A stretch of 32,000 nt of DNA from Candidatus Saccharimonadota bacterium (GTDB lineage Bacteria; Patescibacteriota; Saccharimonadia; Saccharimonadales; Saccharimonadaceae). How positions within the stretch are numbered: the stretch's first letter is position 1; each line of letters begins with the position of its first letter. Positions 24,677 to 32,000 of the stretch are shown here, piece after piece. Location: positions 690,001 through 722,000 of the forward strand of contig MKSO01000001.1 of assembly GCA_001897305.1 (NCBI GenBank), given 5' to 3'. Below the pieces are notes generated by a model. That model did not search any database, was not told the origin of the DNA, and saw only the letters and a list, made by a program, of their open reading frames with translations. The translations under genes were made by a program, and so were the position numbers.

Positions 24677-25453
24677 CTAGGACTTGTCGTATGTTGCGTA
24701 TACATCTTTTAATATACGTTCGGCCTCGTCCTTGCCCCACATCTCTTCAACCGTACCAGGAATGACCGATTTCATTTTTTCTAGCAGTTCATCGGCGGTA
24801 TCAGGTATCGTTGGAGTGCCTTGTTCAATGAGCTCATCTACGGTATTCGGCATATTTTCTATCGTCTTCTCTAACTCAATTTCAGCCTCAAGAGCGGCAA
24901 TTGAATCATCGAGCGGAGACATGGCTCGAACCTTACGACGATACCCACGTACATTCGTAACAAGGTTAGTAATATCTTCTAACGTAGGGGTGTACTCACT
25001 TCCGTTATATAACTTGAAAATGTGCGTATCACTCGTTATTAAATGAAGCGCATCCCATGTTTTAGTTTCAGGGACGTACCACGCATAGTACCAATCGGCC
25101 ACATTTTTATAGTATGGGCTTTGAGATCGTTCGCTCTTTTTACCAAGCCAAAACTTTTTGGATTTATCACCTGTAAATGCGAAACTTTGCTCGTCAATCA
25201 ATTCGTCTTCCGGTGTACGAGACGGCGATAATCGAATTTGAAAACCCTGCATGAGACCTTGTTTGGGCTTTTCTTGTGCCAGAATACTTTCACGAATCAT
25301 ATCAATCTCTTCTGCTGCACGACCAAACATACGATATGGCCCAACATCTTTCTCGGGAGTATTTTGGCTATCAATAACAACCTCTTGCTGAGGCGCGTTA
25401 AGTTCCTGTGGATCTAGAAATTCCTGAGGTATCTGAAAGATATCGTTTGCCAT
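24677..25453 (-). CDS. Hypothetical protein (258 aa)
   Basis: ORF trimmed to MANDIFQIPQEF, because the longer track version (to 25588) overlaps the tatD 3' end by 92 nt. Trp/Tyr-rich core (YYKNVADWYYAWYVPETKTWD) and an acidic helical C-terminus. I recognise no family. Confidence 0.55.
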   Translation of the reverse strand: MANDIFQIPQEFLDPQELNAPQQEVVIDSQNTPEKDVGPYRMFGRAAEEIDMIRESILAQEKPKQGLMQGFQIRLSPSRTPEDELIDEQSFAFTGDKSKKFWLGKKSERSQSPYYKNVADWYYAWYVPETKTWDALHLITSDTHIFKLYNGSEYTPTLEDITNLVTNVRGYRRKVRAMSPLDDSIAALEAEIELEKTIENMPNTVDELIEQGTPTIPDTADELLEKMKSVIPGTVEEMWGKDEAERILKDVYATYDKS

Positions 25454-25496
25454 AAAAATAAAACTCGCTGTATGAGTGTAGGGTTGTGGTGTTGGT

Positions 25497-26255
25497 TTAA
25501 GACTGCACTGGTAATGAAAACAGTGCGCGAGCATTTTGTGAGGAAATTTCGGCAATTTCTTCGAGTGAAATTCCACGGCGGGCTGCATGATATTCAGCCA
25601 CTATCCTCACATATGCGGGCTCATTTACTTTACCACGATGTGGCACAGGTGTCAAGAAAGGGGCGTCTGTTTCAAAGAGTATGCGATCAACTGGAACAGC
25701 GTCAAAAACTTCTTTCTGAGCCTCATCTTTAGTAAATGTACTAATCCCATTAAGTCCAATGTATAGACCGCGGTCTAATGCCTTATCTAGGTTTTCACGA
25801 CTATCCGTGAAGCTGTGCAGCACCCCACGAATGCCTGGATATGTATCAAAGATAGGCCAAAAATCATCAAAAGCCTCGCGTACATGAAAAATGATAGGCA
25901 CATTATGCGCCAGAGCGACTTCAATTTGTGCCGCCAACGCCTCTAGCTGCACCTCTTTAGGACTATGGCTATAAAAGTAATCGAGCCCTATCTCACCTAT
26001 GGCAATAATGTCACTATGCGCATCTGCAAGCTCCTTTATCTTGCCGTAGCCCCGATCCGTCTCGTGGGGATGCACACCAATAGCAGCGAAAGCTTCAGGG
26101 TGAGTATGTGAAAATTCAATAGCTTGCAAGGAGCTGTCTTCACTGGTTCCAACACAGACTAACTGGTGTACACCCGCCCGGTGCGCATTAGCAAGGGTTT
26201 CTTCAATTGAGAGGTCATATGGTTCATGAATGTGACAATGGGTGTCGATAAGCAT
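25497..26255 (-). CDS. tatD: TatD-family metal-dependent hydrolase/DNase
   Basis: MLIDTHCHIH, AIGEIGLDY, IFHVREA, GVLHSF and FETDAPFLTP. 252 aa. A TATACT box (26262-26267) lies 6 nt before the ATG. Confidence 0.9.
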   Translation of the reverse strand: MLIDTHCHIHEPYDLSIEETLANAHRAGVHQLVCVGTSEDSSLQAIEFSHTHPEAFAAIGVHPHETDRGYGKIKELADAHSDIIAIGEIGLDYFYSHSPKEVQLEALAAQIEVALAHNVPIIFHVREAFDDFWPIFDTYPGIRGVLHSFTDSRENLDKALDRGLYIGLNGISTFTKDEAQKEVFDAVPVDRILFETDAPFLTPVPHRGKVNEPAYVRIVAEYHAARRGISLEEIAEISSQNARALFSLPVQS

Positions 26256-26276
26256 AATTACAGTATACAGCTAGTT

Positions 26277-27458
26277 TTAACGAAGTATATATTCAATTTC
26301 TTCAACATATGGAGACCCTGTTAATTGATCCTGGCCAAAATCAGCTACTAACGGAAACAGGCCTGCTCTCCCTAAATTACTGTAATCTATTCCACCCTTG
26401 CGAAGTCTATTGAATAATTCCGGTTTGTATCCAATATGTCGACCAAACATATTAGCCAATTGGGCGACCCCTATTAAGCTACTGGCACGCGGCACCGCAA
26501 GTGCATCCTCGCCCACCTGATCAAACCCTTTGGCAGCGAAGCGAAGTGATCTATTTCCCCGAGCGTCTTTACGCCACATTAGTAATGGTCGCGCAAACAC
26601 AGGAGTCTGACGCGTCAGGAAGCGAACATGATGACGCTCACGGCCATCACGAGTTGGCATTGCATGGGACCTACCAACAGAAATACTCGTCGTGCCGTCG
26701 CGAGATACTCCAATGGGTATATCGCTTTTCATAATATATTTTTCATCTGGTATAACCACACCATCGACAGGGAATTCGTCAAAAAGATCATATCGAGTAC
26801 GATTTAATAGTTCTTCTACGGCCCTAGAGGCCTCGCTTAAAATAGCTCCATTAACAATCTCTTTTTCAAGACTCGCAACCGACGGCCCCAATTGCTCAAT
26901 AGCGTCCGGTGCAAAAGGAGAAGCACCTGAGTAGGAGCCTATGAAGCCCGAGAAGTAGCTGGCTGTTCGAACATCATAGCCAAGCGACTTGAGTTGCAAT
27001 AATAACCTACGGCTATTTGTATTCAAAAGAGCATTGGCGGCAAACTGTCGAGACTCATTGTAGTCTAACACTGGTACAGTCGCGCTTATGACGTGCTCTG
27101 ACTGATTTCTAATCAGCGTATCAGCTAGTTGCGACGAGGCCCCTCGTATCATAGCGAGATGATCTGATATGCGTGCCCGTTGTCCGAACCGTTGCATTTT
27201 TCGACTGTCATATCCAAACGACTGAAGACTGTTTCGCACCTCACGCCACCCATATTCAGGTTCATCAAGGGGTTGGCGGATAATAGCATCTATGGCATTT
27301 CTTCCAAGCAGCCTATTGCTTTCGGCCGAGTAAAGCTCACTACCGTCCTCGAAACTAACGCGTCTTATAGTAACAGGATCGCCCGCCGTCTCTCCAAGAA
27401 CCGGCTCGCTCCAAAACGTACTCTCGGGAATGTTTGGGATGCTGCGTTCAGAAATCAT
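26277..27458 (-). CDS. Hypothetical soluble protein (393 aa) between metG and tatD
   Basis: Long ORF with no TM segment and no motif I recognise. It starts 21 nt after the metG stop, with AAGGGG 9-10 nt upstream, so it is probably co-transcribed with metG. Confidence 0.65.
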   Translation of the reverse strand: MISERSIPNIPESTFWSEPVLGETAGDPVTIRRVSFEDGSELYSAESNRLLGRNAIDAIIRQPLDEPEYGWREVRNSLQSFGYDSRKMQRFGQRARISDHLAMIRGASSQLADTLIRNQSEHVISATVPVLDYNESRQFAANALLNTNSRRLLLQLKSLGYDVRTASYFSGFIGSYSGASPFAPDAIEQLGPSVASLEKEIVNGAILSEASRAVEELLNRTRYDLFDEFPVDGVVIPDEKYIMKSDIPIGVSRDGTTSISVGRSHAMPTRDGRERHHVRFLTRQTPVFARPLLMWRKDARGNRSLRFAAKGFDQVGEDALAVPRASSLIGVAQLANMFGRHIGYKPELFNRLRKGGIDYSNLGRAGLFPLVADFGQDQLTGSPYVEEIEYILR

Positions 27459-27479
27459 TCCAAAACACCCCTTCTTTAC

Positions 27480-28976
27480 CTAGGTTGTTTTTACCCTTGG
27501 ATCAGGAGTATGGATGTACACCTTGGGGAATAAAACTGTTTCAAGCGGTTGTACTACACCAGTTTCAAATGTCGTATGAATAGCTTTGGCGGTTGCAGGC
27601 AAGAATGGGTAAAGTAGGTCGCCAATTTGCACTAAGGCTCCGGCACAATGCGCTAAAACTTCACTTAAGTGCGCCTCGGCTTCAGCATCTTTGCCGATCT
27701 GCTTGGCAATTTCCCAAGGCTTTACATTATCGATATACTGATTTAAGCTTCGCACCATTGTCCAGACTTCATCAATCGCTTTATTAAATTCTAGATTTTC
27801 CATTGCCTCGTGATAGGCACTCATATCGTGCTCGGTTTGCTCGGATTCACCAATAACACCCGATTGGTAACGAGTAATCATCCCCGAAACGCGCTGAATA
27901 AGGTTCCCCAGGTCGTTTCCAAGTTCGCCATTATAGGCATTTTCAAACTTTTCCCAAGTAAAGTCACCGTCGTCAAGCGTAGGAATATGACGAGAGAAGA
28001 AATAGCGGAAGGCATCGAGGCCGTATTGGTCGATGATTTCATTCGGGTCGATAACATTACCAACAGTTTTGCTGATTTTCGCACCACCAATATTCACGAA
28101 GCCATGCACGAGTAACTTCTTAGGTAGCTGCAAACCGATGCCAAGAAGCATTGCCGGCCAGATCCCCGCATGAAAACGAAGGATATCCTTACCAATTACT
28201 TGAACATCGGCAGGCCAAAACGTTTGATATTCAGCAGGGCGGTCCGGGTAACCAATAACTGTAATATAATTCGCAAGCGCATCAAGCCACACGTACATAA
28301 TTTGCTCTGGATCGTCTGGCACTGGAATACCCCAAGTAAGGCTTTTCTTAGGTCGTGAAATACTTACATCGGCTAAGCCGTCTTTGATGAGGTCCAAGAA
28401 CTCGTTTTTACGAAATTCAGGAACAATTTGCATGACATTGTCGTTAAGCGCTTGTCGAATTTGATCAGTAAAGGCACTTGTTTTAAAGAAGTAGTTCTCT
28501 TCACTTACCTGCTGGTAGGGTGTTTGGTGGTCAGGACAGATGCCGTTAGTAGCCTGAACCTCAAGATCAGTAAAGAAGGCCTCGTGACCCATACAGTACC
28601 ACCCACTATAGGTGCCCTTGTAAATATATGGTTTCAATTGCTGCCATATATACTGGACAGCTGCAACATGATGTTCATCTGTTGTACGTACGAAATCGGT
28701 ATACTCAGCCCCTACTTTTGCGATGAAATTTTTATACAACACAACCATACGGTCGGCAAATTCCTGGGGTGCCAAATTATTTTCAGCTGCTTTTGCAGAG
28801 ATTTTATTACCGTGCTCATCCGTACCAACCTGAAAACGCACTTCGTGTCCATTTTGTTTTTGATAGCGTGTCCAAATATCGGCCAACAGATAATCCATAG
28901 CGTGTCCAATATGCGGCGGGCCATTAACATACGGGATAGCTGTTGCGATGTAGAGTTTCTTTTGTGGTGCTTCCAT
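27480..28976 (-). CDS. metG: Methionine--tRNA ligase, short form without the C-terminal tRNA-binding domain
   Basis: The HIGH motif appears as PPHIGHAMDY and the KMSKS motif as KISKTVGN. 498 aa. Confidence 0.95.
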   Translation of the reverse strand: MEAPQKKLYIATAIPYVNGPPHIGHAMDYLLADIWTRYQKQNGHEVRFQVGTDEHGNKISAKAAENNLAPQEFADRMVVLYKNFIAKVGAEYTDFVRTTDEHHVAAVQYIWQQLKPYIYKGTYSGWYCMGHEAFFTDLEVQATNGICPDHQTPYQQVSEENYFFKTSAFTDQIRQALNDNVMQIVPEFRKNEFLDLIKDGLADVSISRPKKSLTWGIPVPDDPEQIMYVWLDALANYITVIGYPDRPAEYQTFWPADVQVIGKDILRFHAGIWPAMLLGIGLQLPKKLLVHGFVNIGGAKISKTVGNVIDPNEIIDQYGLDAFRYFFSRHIPTLDDGDFTWEKFENAYNGELGNDLGNLIQRVSGMITRYQSGVIGESEQTEHDMSAYHEAMENLEFNKAIDEVWTMVRSLNQYIDNVKPWEIAKQIGKDAEAEAHLSEVLAHCAGALVQIGDLLYPFLPATAKAIHTTFETGVVQPLETVLFPKVYIHTPDPRVKTT

Positions 28977-28984
28977 TGCGTCTT

Positions 28985-28993
28985 ATTGTACCA
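28985..28993 (-). promoter_or_regulatory. Extended -10 box TGgTACAAT, 8 nt upstream of the metG ATG
   Basis: Minus-sense sequence is ctcTGGTACAATaagacgcaATG. Confidence 0.5.
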
Positions 28994-29012
28994 GAGATAC
29001 AAAAAATAACTA

Positions 29013-30068
29013 CTACAGAGCACCCCTGTCGTAAATCGCTTTAACAGTAGTAGCCGATAGCCCGTAATCGTAGATACGGACATCGTCTATATCACCGCCA
29101 AAACTATAGCCATTCGCCCAGCCACCTCGGCCAATAAACATATTGTATGCCGGAGCGCCAAGTGTTTGTGTTAGCGCCGTTGTTTTTACCTGCTGACCAT
29201 TCAAATAAAGGACCGATTTTTGACCATCGTATGTTAATGCAACATGCGACCAAGTACCAACTGGAAGCGACGAGTAGCTCATACTTGAAAAGCTGGACCC
29301 ATACCATAAACGAGTACCAATCATCGAAGTACTTCGCTCGACATGCACTTGAAGCCCATTATAAGTACTACAACAGTCGCGCGTATTGGATATAAGCGTG
29401 GCATAGCTGGCCACTGAAGCACCCGACCATTTCACCCACATCGAGACACTCAGCTTATTAAGCGGGAAGGAGTAGTTTGTGTTTATCGACTGTACGGCCG
29501 TAGAACTAAAGTTGTAAGCACCATTTGCCGTAGTATCTTGCCCCGTTGTAGAGGTTGCACCATTAACTGTTCCGTCATGGCCCTGTCCGCTCGAATCAAT
29601 AGCATTGCCGTTTAACTTCCACCACCCTACAACTTTTCCACCAGTACCACCAGCTGCCGTTGAAGCATCGATAAGCTCGCAAGCCTCTGGCGTAGAGCCT
29701 TGAGAAAATGAGTTGGTAATCGCGTCTTTATTAGAAGCGGGATTGTAAGCCCGTACACAAAATGACGACCCAGCAGTGACAACATCAATGGTATTTCCCT
29801 TTGATGGAGTGAAGGCAAGATCCGAATCCACCCCGGAACCAGAAAACCAGGCTTTTGGCATACCGTTGTTATGAATACTGTAATTAGTTTCCGCACTCAC
29901 AACGGCCGCAATGTCAGATTGCAATGCTTTATCGCGCGCATTTTTCTGGACGCCGGTATACCCCACTGCGTTAATGGTCACGAGGATGCCTATAATAACA
30001 ATGATGATAACGAGCTCAACAATCGTAAATCCACCACGCGCCAATACTCTGCTATACTTCACGTTCAT
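29013..30068 (-). CDS. Type IV pilin-like protein with a C-terminal LamG/concanavalin-A-like lectin domain
   Basis: Class III signal MNVKYSRVLARG|GFTIVELVIIIVIIGIL (G-F cleavage context, Glu at +5). The C-terminal 190 aa match the Laminin_G_3 pattern: VGWWKLNGNAIDSSGQGHDGTVNGA, GTWSHVALTYDG, LYLNGQ and FGGDIDDVRIYDYGLS. The track's start at 30191 overlaps the upstream gene; I trimmed to the ATG at 30068. Confidence 0.8.
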   Translation of the reverse strand: MNVKYSRVLARGGFTIVELVIIIVIIGILVTINAVGYTGVQKNARDKALQSDIAAVVSAETNYSIHNNGMPKAWFSGSGVDSDLAFTPSKGNTIDVVTAGSSFCVRAYNPASNKDAITNSFSQGSTPEACELIDASTAAGGTGGKVVGWWKLNGNAIDSSGQGHDGTVNGATSTTGQDTTANGAYNFSSTAVQSINTNYSFPLNKLSVSMWVKWSGASVASYATLISNTRDCCSTYNGLQVHVERSTSMIGTRLWYGSSFSSMSYSSLPVGTWSHVALTYDGQKSVLYLNGQQVKTTALTQTLGAPAYNMFIGRGGWANGYSFGGDIDDVRIYDYGLSATTVKAIYDRGAL

Positions 30069-30078
30069 TCCTGTCGTT

Positions 30079-30087
30079 AGTATACCA
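30079..30087 (-). promoter_or_regulatory. Extended -10 box TGgTATACT, 10 nt upstream of the pilin ATG
   Basis: Minus-sense sequence is aaaTGGTATACTaacgacaggaATG. Confidence 0.45.
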
Positions 30088-30105
30088 TTTAGGTTATGCT
30101 TTTCG

Positions 30106-31332
30106 TTAAATGCCATCAGCCTTTGACCAGTCAGTTGCGAGGTCGAAACCGTCTGGATAACGCGTAACAAACCCACCGGTATCGTAAACACGACCTAAAC
30201 CGGCGCTTGTCTCAACAATTGAACATCGAGGGTAGCGTGCATAATTGGCGGCAATGATAATATACCCCTCAGAATCTATCTTCATACCATCAAATCGAAC
30301 TGTATAGCGGCCGCCTTGGCCACAAGCGTACATAACAACGGACATATTTAAATCGTAGTATGTCTCGCGGTGTGTTATGCCATTACTATCAGTAAAGAAG
30401 CCTGCACCCTTAGACTGTGTTAAGCCTGCACTGAGGTCTTTAATACCAATGACGATTGTTTGCGGTGTCGGTTCTTTTGTCACGAGCTGATTAATTTCTT
30501 TACGCGAAACTTCTTCGCCATCTTTAATCTCGACCTGGTAGGTGATTGTACGCACACCTTCAGCACCTTTTGTACCCGCTGCGCGATAACGAACCGGTCG
30601 GTCGGCATCATACACAATTTGTGTACCATACCCGATAGGCTCCTCGACCGTTGTCGTCTGGATACCCTCACGCCAGACACGAACTGCTAGGTTAGCAGTA
30701 ACAGGCGTCGTTAACGGCAAGGATACTCGGTCATTTGCCGCTAACGTAATACCCTTTTCACTAAGCATGCCTTTTACTGTATCGGCCCGGGTTTTAATAG
30801 TGGTTTTCTTACCGTATAGGTCGAGCTGTACATCAATAGCTCGACTAATCGTTAGTACTAGCCCTGCTCCATCACCGACAAAATCAGTTGAAGCAGCAAC
30901 GGTTGCAGTGTCCTCGCTAGCAAGTGGAAGGCCTACATCTTTGGCAATGCGCTCCGGTGTTTGGTACGGTGTAATACTTTTTTTACGAATCGCCCCATCA
31001 ACTACAACAACAGGCCTCGCCCTATAAATACTCACCCTGTATTCCGGAGCAACAAGCTCTTCAGTTAGAGCGGGCTCGACCGCATCATGAGTATCAAAGG
31101 GTATATTCGCCTCTTTAAGAGCATCCTGGATGGTATTTGCTTGCGTTAGAAAAGAGGCCCACTGGCCACGATCATATACAGAGATCAGGTGACTTGTACC
31201 GTCCTGGGCCTTAGCAGGAGAAAGTAGCAAGAGGGAGGTCGCCGCAAAACCAACTACACCAATAATTATCCCTACTGCCGCGAAGATATTTAATCTGGCT
31301 CGTTTGTATGTCTGTTTTATTCCACCGCTCAT
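30106..31332 (-). CDS. YabE/RpfB-like cell-wall protein: TM anchor, DUF348 repeats, G5 domain and a C-terminal 3D/DPBB-like domain
   Basis: TM segment IFAAVGIIIGVVGFAATSLLLL. DUF348-like repeats: TIQDALKEANIPFDTHDAVEP and TVKGMLSEKGITLAANDRVS. G5 domain: TTVEEPIGYGTQIVYDADRPV...GAEGVRTITYQVEIKDGEEVSRKE. The C-terminus (GRVYDTGGF..FDLATDW) resembles a 3D/RlpA-like domain, but this assignment is less certain. Confidence 0.75.
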   Translation of the reverse strand: MSGGIKQTYKRARLNIFAAVGIIIGVVGFAATSLLLLSPAKAQDGTSHLISVYDRGQWASFLTQANTIQDALKEANIPFDTHDAVEPALTEELVAPEYRVSIYRARPVVVVDGAIRKKSITPYQTPERIAKDVGLPLASEDTATVAASTDFVGDGAGLVLTISRAIDVQLDLYGKKTTIKTRADTVKGMLSEKGITLAANDRVSLPLTTPVTANLAVRVWREGIQTTTVEEPIGYGTQIVYDADRPVRYRAAGTKGAEGVRTITYQVEIKDGEEVSRKEINQLVTKEPTPQTIVIGIKDLSAGLTQSKGAGFFTDSNGITHRETYYDLNMSVVMYACGQGGRYTVRFDGMKIDSEGYIIIAANYARYPRCSIVETSAGLGRVYDTGGFVTRYPDGFDLATDWSKADGI

Positions 31333-31346
31333 ACGTTAATGGATCT

Positions 31347-31355
31347 ATTATACCA
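31347..31355 (-). promoter_or_regulatory. Extended -10 box TGgTATAAT, 14 nt upstream of the YabE-like ATG
   Basis: Minus-sense sequence is ctagTGGTATAATagatccattaacgtATG. Confidence 0.45.
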
Positions 31356-31362
31356 CTAGCGC

Positions 31363-32000
31363 TTAGTTGAGTTCTTTCGAGATATCAATCCAGTCCTGCA
31401 ACGAGAGATCCTCAGCACGATCATCTGGTGAGATGCCATATTTACGCAAAAGCTCCTCAATACTTGGCTTGGGAAGACGTAACCCATTAGACAGACTCGT
31501 CTTCAGCTTCTTACGCTTCGCAATAAAGCCAGCTTTCACAACTCGGAAAAAAGGCTTCTCGTCTTCAGGCCGAATGAGCGGTTGGTTACGCATTTCTAAA
31601 ATAACTACTTGACTGTCGACTTTTGGTGGTGGGGTAAAAAGCTCGGCTGGGACTATATCACCAAGGCGGACCGTCGCATAAATTTGCGCACTGACTGCAA
31701 GAATACTCATACCCCCAGGTCCAGCAGCAAGTCGCTCGGCAACCTCTTTTTGGATAAGTAATACGATAGTACGAGGACGATTTGAGGCGGTGGTAAGGAG
31801 CTGAATAATTTTTGAAGTTATGTAATATGGTACGTTTGCAACAACAACATACTTTTCTGGTAATGTAGTGAGATCGTAAGTAAGGATATCTTGATTCACA
31901 ACCTCTAAACTCGTTCCGGGAAATTGACCTGGCAATTTACGGGCCAAATCGGGGTCGAGCTCTACCGCTATAACTCTTTTGGCTCTTCGCAGTAATTGGC
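31363..32000 (-). CDS. rsmA: 16S rRNA (adenine1518/1519-N6)-dimethyltransferase RsmA/KsgA, C-terminal part; the gene runs off the right edge
   Basis: VANVPYYITSKIIQLL, FTPPPKVDSQVV and a C-terminal helical domain. The frame stays open upstream of the track's M (...QLLRRAKRVIAVELDPDLARKLPG) as far as position 32000. Confidence 0.9.
   Translation of the reverse strand, partial: QLLRRAKRVIAVELDPDLARKLPGQFPGTSLEVVNQDILTYDLTTLPEKYVVVANVPYYITSKIIQLLTTASNRPRTIVLLIQKEVAERLAAGPGGMSILAVSAQIYATVRLGDIVPAELFTPPPKVDSQVVILEMRNQPLIRPEDEKPFFRVVKAGFIAKRKKLKTSLSNGLRLPKPSIEELLRKYGISPDDRAEDLSLQDWIDISKELN

Overview
Gene-dense window (about 29 protein genes), almost all on the minus strand, carrying housekeeping functions. 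By inference from gene content it resembles a reduced monoderm genome of the Saccharibacteria/TM7 (CPR) type: short AlaRS and MetRS, a sortase with a wall-anchored adhesin, a type IV pilin, LysM/CHAP and YabE-like wall enzymes, and 45-50% GC in the coding lines I counted. Recognisable genes, left to right: rplY (partial), DedA, a GH13 alpha-glucan enzyme, uvrA, sortase, a PATR-repeat surface protein, sbcB, obg, a LysM-CHAP hydrolase, mltG, ruvX, an unknown bitopic protein, ftsA, alaS, mnmA, a DUF218 protein, cysteine desulfurase, tatD, metG, a pilin-LamG fusion, a YabE-like G5 protein and rsmA (partial). Five ORFs have no call (559, 342, 258, 393 and 89 aa). No rRNA, tRNA, CRISPR array, transposase or integrase was found. 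The main anomaly is a 487-bp element in the sbcB-obg spacer (10196-10682). Perfect 16-nt inverted repeats bracket a 67% GC core with actinobacterial-style GC3 codon usage, a complete 45-codon ORF, two long subterminal hairpins, and a flanking promoter-like and terminator-like pair. I read it as a candidate foreign or mobile cassette, or an invertible segment; an assembly chimera must be excluded. Other points: a LysM-CHAP gene whose signal anchor lies upstream of any canonical start codon; a sortase-substrate pair with a TPNTG motif; ftsA coupled to an unknown bitopic protein instead of ftsZ; unknown genes interrupting the conserved metG-tatD pair; and a recurrent TGnTAnAAT -10 box 6-11 nt from start codons, which suggests leaderless mRNAs.
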